Below the pieces are notes generated by a model. The model was given only the letters and a program-made list of their open reading frames with translations, was not told where the DNA came from and ran no database searches. A stretch of 64,000 bases of DNA from Candidatus Bathyarchaeia archaeon (GTDB lineage Bacteria; Patescibacteriota; Microgenomatia; PFEM01; JAFGMK01), in contig DATKWK010000035.1 in assembly GCA_035529595.1 (NCBI GenBank), positions 177,067 through 241,066 of the forward strand, read 5' to 3'. Shown here piece after piece: positions 37,772 through 47,032 of the stretch. Numbering within the stretch: the first letter of the stretch is position 1; every line of letters starts with the position of its first letter. Position numbers and translations under genes: made by a program.

Positions 37772-39472
37772 CTAAGGGCGCGAATTAGGTTTTTTCATGA
37801 TAATCAACAAACAAAAGATCACCCAAGAAACCAGAGACAGCCAGTTACCGAATGTTCGAATGGGCGTGTTTAAGAGCCGCGCCTCAACCGCGTAGCTACC
37901 TTTGGCAACTTCAAACGTCGGTAAACCCAAAAAGTTATTCGTATCGGTTGCCGATATCCTGCCGTCAACGTAAACGGTCCAGTTAGGAAAATAATAGACC
38001 GGTAATCTTACTTTAGCCCGATCACTGTTAATCGCAAGTTTAAATTTTAACCAGTTTGTTCCTTGCCGGTAATCATCAACCTCTCCCCCGCCTTCTGAGA
38101 ACCAAGCCATTTTCGGAGCCGGCTCACCCGGCGGATAGCTGGCTGATTTCGGTAAATAATCAAAGATCCCGGAAGTCACCTGCTCTCTCCACTCTACCGA
38201 ATCAGAAAACTTTTGTTCATCGGTCAGACGATCATACCAAACCTCCGGTTTAAAATAGCCAATGTTGAGATAAATCACGCTCGCAACCAACAAAGAGACT
38301 ATTAATAAAACCACCGGCTGCTTTTTTAACCAACGGTTAAGAATATACACCAGGCCGCCTATTAGTAAAGAGAAGGAAAAAATCGTCAGCGTCAAAAACC
38401 GCCACGGGAATTGAAGATATTCCAGGGGCTTTAATACCTTCCAAAAAAAAGTCGAGCGCGAATGAGTAAAAAATGCTGACCCTAAACCGACCACAAAAAT
38501 AAAAAAAACTTCCCAAATTTTTTTCTTACTTCTTCTTAAAAAAAAGCCAGTCAAGAGAGCCACCAGAAAGGACAGTCCCCAATGCAAAATCCCGATCTGG
38601 AAACTGATCTTTTCATCCGTTCCATAAACTGACGCCCCCCATCCCCACGAACGGTCCCAGAAAAGCTGTTTGAGCGAGACGAAATGCGCCAGATAATTAA
38701 AATAGCCCATTAGCATTGTTTCCACATGAACTAATTTTTTCTCAAAAATAACCGGCAGGGAGAAAAAAGCAGCCAAACCAAAAGCCAAAATTGAAGGCCC
38801 GATAAATTGAAAAATCTTACCGATTCGTTTATTCAAGTAAAGGCATAACAATAACCAAACGAAAGCTACCGGCGTAAAAATCATCACCATTACATTGTGG
38901 GTCAGCAACAATAAAGCATAAAAAAGAGAGAAATATAAAAGATATTTTTTCTGCCGGCTTTTCGCATACTGATAAATTGCCCAAAAAATGCCGGGGAACC
39001 AGGCCAGTGACCAAAATTCGTTCATCGCTCCCCGGGCATAAATGTCCAAAGAATGATAGGGGGCATAAGTATAAAAAAGACTTGACAAAAAACCGCCCCA
39101 AATTCCCCAAAGAACCTCGCCTAAAAGAAACATGGTAAGAGCAGCCACCAGAAAGCCCATAACGAAAGTAATTTTAACGCTATCAAGAATCGAAAAACCA
39201 AGCAAATGAATAACTTCCGCCAAATAATACGGAAACGGGGGATAATAATTAAATAAAGGGTAGCCGTAACCGTAACCGGCATCCGGCACCCAGCGGCAAG
39301 GAATCTGGCCATCGCGAAAGCATTTATCCATTTCCAGAACCCGAAAAGCCTGCATATCATCATGCATGGAGAAATAGCCGGGCTTTAAGAGCGTTTGCCA
39401 AGCAAAGAAGGTAAGTAGCAAGCTGGCAATTGGTACAAACAGCTTTATTATTTTACTTTTTCCTTGTCTCAT
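37772..39472 (-). CDS. polytopic membrane protein, YfhO-like/GT-C-like (tentative)
   Basis: 566 aa; N-terminal GYFSMHDDMQAFRVLEMDKCFRDGQIPCRWVPDAGYGYGYPLFNYYPPFPYY parallels the YfhO ..G(R/K)LPLW.P..G.P.....FYP block; more than 10 TM helices plus C-terminal soluble domain. Confidence 0.4.
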   Translation of the reverse strand: MRQGKSKIIKLFVPIASLLLTFFAWQTLLKPGYFSMHDDMQAFRVLEMDKCFRDGQIPCRWVPDAGYGYGYPLFNYYPPFPYYLAEVIHLLGFSILDSVKITFVMGFLVAALTMFLLGEVLWGIWGGFLSSLFYTYAPYHSLDIYARGAMNEFWSLAWFPGIFWAIYQYAKSRQKKYLLYFSLFYALLLLTHNVMVMIFTPVAFVWLLLCLYLNKRIGKIFQFIGPSILAFGLAAFFSLPVIFEKKLVHVETMLMGYFNYLAHFVSLKQLFWDRSWGWGASVYGTDEKISFQIGILHWGLSFLVALLTGFFLRRSKKKIWEVFFIFVVGLGSAFFTHSRSTFFWKVLKPLEYLQFPWRFLTLTIFSFSLLIGGLVYILNRWLKKQPVVLLIVSLLVASVIYLNIGYFKPEVWYDRLTDEQKFSDSVEWREQVTSGIFDYLPKSASYPPGEPAPKMAWFSEGGGEVDDYRQGTNWLKFKLAINSDRAKVRLPVYYFPNWTVYVDGRISATDTNNFLGLPTFEVAKGSYAVEARLLNTPIRTFGNWLSLVSWVIFCLLIIMKKPNSRP

Positions 39473-40596
39473 TTTTGCCTGCCTTTTAAAGACACCTGCC
39501 TGGCAACACCTGCTAAGCTAATATAGAGAGGCGGTAGAATCGGTAAAAGATATCTCGGGTAAGGCACGCCAAAATTATACATCAACAAAAACGAAAATAT
39601 CCAGGTAGTCATGAGCAGAAGCCGATAATCCTGTCTTTTTATGGCCAGAAAACCTGCCAGCAATGAGGCAAAAAAAGATAAGGGCCAAAAAATTTGCCAT
39701 TGGTTAACAAAAACGGTCTTAAAACCTTCCCACCAAGTAAGCCATCTGCCCGAGATTAGAATATTGAATATTTGTCCTTTAGGATAACCGGTTACCTGGA
39801 CGCGGGCAAAATGGCGGATCCAGAAATGCAGATATTTAAAATCGCCAAGGGTTTTACCGGTTAAGAAGTATCGGAGATAGACAGCTAAATAAGTTAAAAA
39901 GAAAAAGGGGAGGAAAAAGAAAAAAGAAAGATATTTCGGTTCTTTCTTTAAAATGGAAATCAGCAGTACCGAAACTGAAATACCGGCCAAAAGCCCGATA
40001 CCGGCCAAATAGACTTTGGTAGTGCTGGCTAAAGCCAAAAAGAACAACGCCGGCAAAAAAAATAGTGTCTTTTTTTCCGCTTGTAATAGACAATAAAAAG
40101 CCAGGCTGATAAACAGGGTAAAAGGCAAATCCAGCATCGACGTCGTTAAATTTTCCCGAAAAAGAGAATCGAAACTCAAAAGTGAAACGGCAATAGCTGA
40201 CCATAAATAATCATCAGTAATTTTTAGGGCAATCAGGAAAATAATAACCAGAATACTTAGACCCAAGATCGGCGACAGAACAAGCGGACTGTTAAAAAGC
40301 AGGGAGGAAAAACCGAGGAGATACTTTCCGGTTGGGGGTTGTTCGGCATTAATTTCGGTCGGATCCATACCCTGAATCTGCCGCCAACCGGCATAAGCAT
40401 AAAGTTCGGCATCGCCCATCTGTTCTTCCGCCGCAAAACCCTTGGCCCACTGGGACTTTTCGTAGCGCTGCTGCCAATAAAACGGGTCAAAGCGTTCGCT
40501 AAAGATTTCTCTGTCTCTTAGTACATAGGCAACAAGGCTAAAAAAACTGCCAAGCAATAAAAACCCGGTAATCAGTTTCTTTTTAGCTGGATTCAT
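39469..40596 (-). CDS. short PMT_2/GT39-like membrane glycosyltransferase (GT-C)
   Basis: 375 aa; loop motif MGDAELYAYAGWRQIQGMDPTEINAEQPPTGKYLLGFS resembles the Pmt/ArnT DE..Y...(gap)..hPPL.K.l loop. Confidence 0.45.
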   Translation of the reverse strand: MNPAKKKLITGFLLLGSFFSLVAYVLRDREIFSERFDPFYWQQRYEKSQWAKGFAAEEQMGDAELYAYAGWRQIQGMDPTEINAEQPPTGKYLLGFSSLLFNSPLVLSPILGLSILVIIFLIALKITDDYLWSAIAVSLLSFDSLFRENLTTSMLDLPFTLFISLAFYCLLQAEKKTLFFLPALFFLALASTTKVYLAGIGLLAGISVSVLLISILKKEPKYLSFFFFLPFFFLTYLAVYLRYFLTGKTLGDFKYLHFWIRHFARVQVTGYPKGQIFNILISGRWLTWWEGFKTVFVNQWQIFWPLSFFASLLAGFLAIKRQDYRLLLMTTWIFSFLLMYNFGVPYPRYLLPILPPLYISLAGVARQVSLKGRQK

Positions 40597-42184
40597 TTTT
40601 TACTTGAAACAGCAGTAAGAAATCCTGGCCGTTAGGACCGCTAGCCTTAGGATAGCGGGCAATCGGTATTAACCGTGCATCCTGTCCGACCAGAAAACGC
40701 GACTGGTTAACCAGCAAATAAACTTCGTTGTCAACCGTCGCATTAAGCAAAGAAACCGGTACTTCCCTAACCGGCTGGCCGACGCCGACGACGATTACCC
40801 GCCTGTTTTGGTCAAAATACATTTGGAAACCGTCGGGCAAGGTGCCAAAATAGCCCTCCGTGCCAACTAATATATTTCGATTCGTTTCGGCCACCCGCCG
40901 GTTTATGAAACTAACCGCCTCCTTGATTCCATAACCGGATGTCCATTCCTCAAGATAGCCGGAACGCATCTTCCGCGGTAACGGCGCTTGTGCCGGATCC
41001 ACCAGCAACCACCGGACGTAAGAAAGCGTAAAGAATAACAATAAAGTAACGATGACTCCTTGAAGCCAACCTTCTGGCAATCTCTTATTGCATCTGCCAA
41101 GATACTTTGACAAGCAGTCAATACCAACAGCTGCTAAAATAACTGCCGGCCAAACTGCAAACAGCAGATAACGCGGTGCAAATACCCGGGCAACGGCCGA
41201 CTGGGTAAAAATTGGAACGATGAAAAGACTTACCAAAAATAATATCTGGCGGCGGTCTGTTTTCATCAACCAACGCATAAAGACACCCAAAAAAATCAGT
41301 AAAATCACCGGCGGCGTGAAAAGATTCGGCAACCAGGTTATCAAATCATTTAAGTGCGGCTTTAACGGGTCCAACGGATGCCTAAACACCTCCCGGATCG
41401 GAAAAATGTAATCCTGATTACGAGTCGCAATCATGCCAAAATTCGGCCCCAAGCGCAATAGGTTATAAATTACGAAGGCAAAAAAATAAACGACCAGCCA
41501 AAAACCGCCTAGTTTAATTAATTGAAGCAAATAGGGTTTTTTTAACCTATTATTTTTGTGCAAAAATAAGGCCGATGGCAATATCAAAAAAGCGACGAAT
41601 ATCGCGGGCGATTTAGTCAGAAAGGCAGCGCCCAAAATAATACCGGTAATCATGGCTAAATCCAATCGCAAGTAATGGGCCAGGAGAACGGCTAAAAGAT
41701 AAGTCCAAACCGCCAACATACTAAGAAGGCTATCAACTAAAGCCAGCCGGTCAAAGAAAACGAAGTAAGGGATTACCGTGTATAAAAAGGCGGACAAGAA
41801 AGAAATCTTTTTGTCCCGAAAGAGAAAATAACTTAAAAGCGTAATACCGATGAAGGATCCAAAACCGGCAAGAACCGATATTAATCTGCCGACCAAAAGC
41901 GGATCCTCGGTAAGCGGCAACAGAAACATCAACAGCCACATAAAAAAAGGTTGCTTGCCATCAGAAAGAGGCAAAAAGCGCAGCGTCGGTTCCGCCCTCA
42001 TCACCTGCGCCCAGCGGACGTAGATTGCCTCATCGGCAAAAACCGGCAGCAAAGTCAAACTCATCAATCGAAGAAGAAAAAAGAGCAAAACCAAAGCTGT
42101 CCAGCCTAAGATCAATTTCCGGTCGATTTTTGAGATTTGCCTTTTAAAATTTGCCATTTCAAACGTATTTTCCGCGCCAGTCAT
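40583..42184 (-). CDS. ArnT/GT83-like undecaprenyl-phosphate-sugar:acceptor glycosyltransferase (GT-C)
   Basis: 533 aa; LPVFADEAIYVRWAQVMRAEP corresponds to the ArnT LWQPDEARYAEISREM catalytic loop; multi-TM plus C-terminal periplasmic domain. Confidence 0.6.
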   Translation of the reverse strand: MTGAENTFEMANFKRQISKIDRKLILGWTALVLLFFLLRLMSLTLLPVFADEAIYVRWAQVMRAEPTLRFLPLSDGKQPFFMWLLMFLLPLTEDPLLVGRLISVLAGFGSFIGITLLSYFLFRDKKISFLSAFLYTVIPYFVFFDRLALVDSLLSMLAVWTYLLAVLLAHYLRLDLAMITGIILGAAFLTKSPAIFVAFLILPSALFLHKNNRLKKPYLLQLIKLGGFWLVVYFFAFVIYNLLRLGPNFGMIATRNQDYIFPIREVFRHPLDPLKPHLNDLITWLPNLFTPPVILLIFLGVFMRWLMKTDRRQILFLVSLFIVPIFTQSAVARVFAPRYLLFAVWPAVILAAVGIDCLSKYLGRCNKRLPEGWLQGVIVTLLLFFTLSYVRWLLVDPAQAPLPRKMRSGYLEEWTSGYGIKEAVSFINRRVAETNRNILVGTEGYFGTLPDGFQMYFDQNRRVIVVGVGQPVREVPVSLLNATVDNEVYLLVNQSRFLVGQDARLIPIARYPKASGPNGQDFLLLFQVKNESS

Positions 42185-42914
42185 TCAACTTAACACGGAT
42201 TACCTCAAAAAACATATTCTGGGATTCTCTCAAAAAGTTATGTTGCTTGGTTTTCGATAGGTCACGGTTTTGCCACTCAACTTGAATTTCCTTGATTTTA
42301 TAGCCTTTTTTTTGTGCCAAAAACAAAAGCTCAACATCGATTGCCGAAACCCGCCAACCTTTAACTTCTTTGATGTCTTTAAAAATCTCCAGTTTGGGAA
42401 AAATTGATTTGATGACTTCAGTCCGATAGGCCTTAAAGCCGCACTGAGTGTCGTTTATTTCCCCCAAAAGAAACACCCCCCTGATCATCCTAAAGCCAAT
42501 GGTCATCAGCTTTCGGTACCAAGCCGTTCCTTTCCTGACCAAGCCACGGGAACCAATAACTATTGGAAAACCTTTTTTAAACCAGGGAAGCAGTTTTTCC
42601 AATTCCTTAATCGGGGTAGACTGATCCATATCGGCAGTTAAGATAATTTCTCCCTGCGCCTTCTCGATTCCGCTTTTAAGAGCAAAGGCTTTTCCGCCGT
42701 GTATGTTTGCCAACAGCAAAAACTGCTGACTATTGGCGATATAATTTTTAACTATTTTTTTGCTGGCATCAGTCGAACCGTCATCAGAAATAATTACCTC
42801 CCAAGAATATTTCTGTTTGGAAAGATATCCGGCCAGTTCAGCCAATACCCCTTTTTGAAGATTGGCTTCTTCATTGTAACAAGGAATGATCACAGAAAGA
42901 AAAACTTTTTTCAC
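42159..42914 (-). CDS. GT2 polyprenyl-phosphate sugar synthase (ArnC/Dpm1-like)
   Basis: 251 aa; LSVIIPCYNEEANLQKGVLAELAGYLSKQKYSWEVIISDDGSTDASKKIVKNYI...ILTADMDQSTPIKELEKLLP...IVIGSR; immediately upstream of the ArnT-like gene. Confidence 0.7.
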   Translation of the reverse strand: MKKVFLSVIIPCYNEEANLQKGVLAELAGYLSKQKYSWEVIISDDGSTDASKKIVKNYIANSQQFLLLANIHGGKAFALKSGIEKAQGEIILTADMDQSTPIKELEKLLPWFKKGFPIVIGSRGLVRKGTAWYRKLMTIGFRMIRGVFLLGEINDTQCGFKAYRTEVIKSIFPKLEIFKDIKEVKGWRVSAIDVELLFLAQKKGYKIKEIQVEWQNRDLSKTKQHNFLRESQNMFFEVIRVKLNDWRGKYV

Positions 42915-42920
42915 CGCTAT

Positions 42921-44405
42921 TCAAACTCCTTTTTTTCTCAGTTTTACAACTCTAAATCCAAAATCTTCGAAATACCACTCGGTAGCAACCTCCGATTCTC
43001 CGAAACTCGATATTTCCCAGGCAGTCATATCACCGAGGGGAATATTTTCCTGCTCGTAAATTACATATAATGTGTCGATACCGGAATAATTTTCAAAACC
43101 CTCGGGCCGGGCATCGTAAATTTCTACAAAATAACGATAGTTCATCGCCCGGAAGTCATAAGTAGGAGAAATCAGGGCCAAATTGAATCGGCTGCCTTTC
43201 GCGTCTTCGGCAATTACTTTACCGACTTCCCTGGCTCTTTTAATCTGATAATTAGGTCCCCGACCGGCTACCGGATCCAAGTTTAAAATGTTAACAACCA
43301 AAAGAAATGCGAGCAAAATAAAACCTATAAAAATTAGCCGCATTTGAAATATTTTTTTGATTACGATTGAAACCAGCAAAAAAGGCATCGGGAATAAAAA
43401 TCCCAGATAATGATCATGGATATCACCCAGATAAAAACTGACCCCGATTACCCCGATCAACAGCCAAAAAAATAAGGTTGTCAGTACCGGAGATTTTTTT
43501 TCTTTTTTTAATAGACCGAGAAAAGGAAGAAAACCAGCCACTATTAAAAAATAAGCGATAATCTTTTTCCCGCCGGCAAGGAAATAGTAAAAAAGACGCC
43601 AAGGGACAAAAGCGACTGTCTTAAGATAAGTGACTAAACTAAAACCTAATTTTTTTTCTTCCCGAAAAAAGCGCCATAAACCTTCAGTGATAATGAAATG
43701 ATGACGAACTTCAAAAAAAAGCAGGGGAAGAATTGGTATTAAAAAAGCCCCGGCTCCCAAAATGTACCACTTTCCGGAAATCCGCGGCCGAAGAAAAAGG
43801 ATTGTTACCAGGGATGAAATAACAAACAACCAGCTAATGTAATGAAGCTGGGTACAAACTCCCAGGCAAAAACCAACGACAATAATCCAAAACCCCCGAT
43901 CGCTCTTTAATAGTTTCAAAAGGGCATAAACCGCCAAAGCGGCAAAGAAGGGTGTCGGATTAGGATTCCAGGAAAAGCGAGAATGGCTAATAATCGGCCA
44001 GGATACTGAGTATAAAGAGGCAGCGATTAACCCGGTCGGCGAGCCGAAAAATTCGTTACCGAGCTTAAAAATCAGATAAACAGTGGCGACGCCAAAGACG
44101 GCTACCATTATTGCCGGACCAACCGGATCAAGACGGGCCAGCCAAAGAGGCAAAAGCATAAAATAATAGTAAACGGGTCCCAAATAAAGGTTGCCGATGC
44201 TGGTTGAAGGCCCGAGTAAAGTAAACTTGTGATCAACAATCATCCTCTTAACCACTAAAGCATCCCGGCCCTCGTCACCTAAGAAAGTAGCGTAATCAGC
44301 AATCCGGTAAAGCCGCAAAAAAGAAGCCAGTATCAATATCAGCCAAAGAAGAATTAAGGTGATTTTTTTTTGTTTTGTCCGACTGGTCATCTTAACTGCC
44401 ACCAA
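42921..44405 (-). CDS. ArnT/PMT-like GT-C membrane glycosyltransferase
   Basis: 494 aa; FLGDEGRDALVVKRMIVDHKFTLLGPSTSIGNLYLGPVYYYFMLLP matches the ArnT DE-x-R-x-A...M loop and the 11590/21548 paralogs. Confidence 0.55.
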   Translation of the reverse strand: MVAVKMTSRTKQKKITLILLWLILILASFLRLYRIADYATFLGDEGRDALVVKRMIVDHKFTLLGPSTSIGNLYLGPVYYYFMLLPLWLARLDPVGPAIMVAVFGVATVYLIFKLGNEFFGSPTGLIAASLYSVSWPIISHSRFSWNPNPTPFFAALAVYALLKLLKSDRGFWIIVVGFCLGVCTQLHYISWLFVISSLVTILFLRPRISGKWYILGAGAFLIPILPLLFFEVRHHFIITEGLWRFFREEKKLGFSLVTYLKTVAFVPWRLFYYFLAGGKKIIAYFLIVAGFLPFLGLLKKEKKSPVLTTLFFWLLIGVIGVSFYLGDIHDHYLGFLFPMPFLLVSIVIKKIFQMRLIFIGFILLAFLLVVNILNLDPVAGRGPNYQIKRAREVGKVIAEDAKGSRFNLALISPTYDFRAMNYRYFVEIYDARPEGFENYSGIDTLYVIYEQENIPLGDMTAWEISSFGESEVATEWYFEDFGFRVVKLRKKGV

Positions 44406-45094
44406 AGTCTCCCTAAATCAACGAAGGATTTGAAGATAACTTTAAAATCAGCGCCTGTCGACCTTCCCCTCTTTCGCGGATAATGATGGACACCAACCTC
44501 AGCGATCTTAAATCCGGCTTTTTTAGCTTTAGCCAGCAACTCCGGAGAGATCATACCGCCTCTGACTGAGATAAGACGGGGAATAGAATCAATTACCTTT
44601 TTGTCAACCAATTTAAAACCGCAGTCAACATCTTTTACTTTTATTCCCAGAAGAAAATTAGCCAGAAACGTCCAGCCCCGGCCAAATAACTGGCGAACAA
44701 ATGAATCTTGCCGGTTGATCCGGTAACCGATTACGATATCAGCGCCTGTTTTTTTCTTGGTCTCCAAGAACTGGCTGATTTCAGAAAAGTCAAATTGCCC
44801 ATCGGCATCGGTAAAAGCAATCAGGCCGAAACGGGAACCGTAAAAACCCTCCTTTAATCCGGAACCGTAACCCTGATTTGTTTGGTGATGGATAACCCGA
44901 ATCCGCTTATTTCGGATGGCTAACTGATCGGCAACCGCACCAGTCCGATCGGTCGAACCGTCATTAATAATCAAGATCTCCCACTCTTGGGCAATCTTGG
45001 GCAATATTTCAAGAGTTTTTGCTACTACCGATTCAATGTTTCCTTCTTCGTTATAGGCCGGAAAAAAAACGGAGATTGATTTTAGCTTTTCCAT
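44387..45094 (-). CDS. GT2 polyprenyl-phosphate sugar synthase (ArnC/Dpm1-like)
   Basis: 235 aa; ISVFFPAYNEEGNIESVVAKTLEILPKIAQEWEILIINDGSTDRTGAVADQL...IAFTDADGQFD...IVIGYR. 19-nt overlap with the downstream ArnT-like gene. Confidence 0.7.
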   Translation of the reverse strand: MEKLKSISVFFPAYNEEGNIESVVAKTLEILPKIAQEWEILIINDGSTDRTGAVADQLAIRNKRIRVIHHQTNQGYGSGLKEGFYGSRFGLIAFTDADGQFDFSEISQFLETKKKTGADIVIGYRINRQDSFVRQLFGRGWTFLANFLLGIKVKDVDCGFKLVDKKVIDSIPRLISVRGGMISPELLAKAKKAGFKIAEVGVHHYPRKRGRSTGADFKVIFKSFVDLGRLWWQLR

Positions 45095-45164
45095 TTAGCT
45101 TAAAAGTATAGCATAAACTTAATCCTCTATGCTATTATAAACAAAAAGTGAGCAATTACCCAAA

Positions 45165-46313
45165 ATGAGCCAAATGAAGAAAAAGCTGGCAATCATTGCT
45201 TTAATCACACTAACATCCACTTTCTCAATCTGGCTGCCTTTTATTTTATCCTTGAAGAGTTTTTTGGGTTTTCCTATCCCGTCCGGAGGAACGAGCAATC
45301 TCTGGGCCAATTATGACGGCCCGAATTATATTATTGTTGCTAAAACCTGGTATCAAAAGAAGCTAATTGAGCGAAATTTTTCCTTGCCTCTGCCGCTTGA
45401 ATATTATCCGGCCCACTGGCCCGGTTATCCCCTGCTTATCAGACTGGTGGGAAATCTGCTTCCCTTTACCCAGGCGATGATGGTTTCTACTTTAATAAGC
45501 TCGCTGCTGGCTGCAACGGTCTATTTCCTCTTTCTTTCGGAATTTAAACTATCGACTAATCCTCTCTGGTTAACGGTAGTTTTTCTCTTTTTACCGGCTC
45601 GCTTTTTCATCACCCGCTCGGTCGGTACCCCTGAACCGCTCTTTATCGGATTTATCTTAGCTTCATTTTATTTTTTTAAAAAGAAAAAATATTGGCGGGC
45701 CGGGATATTCGGCGCTTTAGCCCAAATAACCAAAACACCGGCAATTCTTCTTTTTTTTACCTATGGAATCTATTTACTGCAACAAGCATTCAAAAATAAA
45801 AACGTCAAGGAAGCGGTCCGGAAGACGCTTAAGGAAGCCTTGCCTTTACTAATGATACCGCTGGCTGTTTTATTGGTTTTTATCTTCTACCGGGTCCGGA
45901 CAGGCGACTTTTGGGCTTATTTTCACTCGGGCGATAATTTCCACCTAACTTTACTGCCTTTTCAAGCTTTCAATTCTTCGCGAAGCTGGCTGGGTGATAT
46001 CTGGACTGAGGATATGATTTGGCTGTACCTGCTGGCCGCCATCAGCGTTATTTTACTGCTAAAGAAAGGCTTAACTGATTTAGGAATTTTTGCCGCCTTA
46101 TTCTATACGGCGACTCTTTTTGTTGCCCATCGGGATATCTCCCGCTATAGCTTGCCCCTTTGGCCTATTGGCCTGATCGGTTTTGATGCATTCATTCAGA
46201 GGAAAGAATTCAAAATTGCCTTTTTGCTTATCCTGCCGGCGATTTATTTATACGCTTTAAATTTTATACTCGGGAACCGGGCGCCGATTGCCGATTGGGC
46301 TCCTTATCTTTGA
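45165..46313 (+). CDS. polytopic membrane protein, PIG-V/GT76-like mannosyltransferase family (GT-C)
   Basis: 382 aa; WANYDGPNYIIVAKTWYQKKLIERNFSLPLPLEYYPAHWPGYPLL parallels the 9412..10566 WANFDGIHYLQIAQRGY...AFFPFYP block; about 9 TM helices. Confidence 0.45.
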   Translation: MSQMKKKLAIIALITLTSTFSIWLPFILSLKSFLGFPIPSGGTSNLWANYDGPNYIIVAKTWYQKKLIERNFSLPLPLEYYPAHWPGYPLLIRLVGNLLPFTQAMMVSTLISSLLAATVYFLFLSEFKLSTNPLWLTVVFLFLPARFFITRSVGTPEPLFIGFILASFYFFKKKKYWRAGIFGALAQITKTPAILLFFTYGIYLLQQAFKNKNVKEAVRKTLKEALPLLMIPLAVLLVFIFYRVRTGDFWAYFHSGDNFHLTLLPFQAFNSSRSWLGDIWTEDMIWLYLLAAISVILLLKKGLTDLGIFAALFYTATLFVAHRDISRYSLPLWPIGLIGFDAFIQRKEFKIAFLLILPAIYLYALNFILGNRAPIADWAPYL

Positions 46314-47032
46314 TGAAAAAAGCTTATCAAAAACCGGATTTTTCCATTATCGTCCCGACCTACAACGAAGAAAAATATATTTTCCAGTGTCTTGAGGCGA
46401 TCAAAAATCAGAATTTTACCGGCTCTTGGGAAACTATCATCATTGACAGCTTTTCAACAGATAAAACTGTTGCCATTGCCAAACAGTTTAATACCAAACT
46501 GTTTCAGGCTAAACGAGAAGGTCCGGGATTGGCTAAAAGAACCGGTTGTCTGAAAGCACAGGCCGATCTGATTGCCCTGACCGATGCCGACATTTGCCTG
46601 CCCCGGAATTGGCTGCAAAAAGCTTATCAGAACTTACAAAATCCGCTGGTCTCGGCTACCGGCGGACCTTACCTTTACCGAGAGATGTCAAAACCGCTGG
46701 CTTTCATAAACAAAACCATTCATCTATGGCTTTTAAAGTCTTTCCAAGCGCTGCCCGGCGGCAGTATTGCCTTCCGCCGTCAGGATTATTTTAATGTCGG
46801 CGGAATTCCGACCGGGGTTACTTTTGGCGAAGACGTCTATATCTCGCGTAAGCTGTCTAAGATCGGTAAAATTCTGGTTGACCCTAAGTTGACAGTTATC
46901 GAATCGGGCAGAAGGATTGGCATCAGCGGTTTAATCAGCGGTAAGTACTCCTACCTGATCCACGCCTGGAAATTTTTGAGAACCGGAGACTTTGAAGTAC
47001 TTAAAAAAACCAGAATGAAGAAAATTGATTAG
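46313..47032 (+). CDS. glycosyltransferase family 2
   Basis: ORF 46295..47032; ATG at 46313 overlaps the upstream stop (ATGA). MKKAYQKPDFSIIVPTYNEEKYIFQCLEAIKNQNFTGSWETIIIDSFSTDKTVAIAKQ...ALTDADI. Confidence 0.65.
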   Translation: MKKAYQKPDFSIIVPTYNEEKYIFQCLEAIKNQNFTGSWETIIIDSFSTDKTVAIAKQFNTKLFQAKREGPGLAKRTGCLKAQADLIALTDADICLPRNWLQKAYQNLQNPLVSATGGPYLYREMSKPLAFINKTIHLWLLKSFQALPGGSIAFRRQDYFNVGGIPTGVTFGEDVYISRKLSKIGKILVDPKLTVIESGRRIGISGLISGKYSYLIHAWKFLRTGDFEVLKKTRMKKID

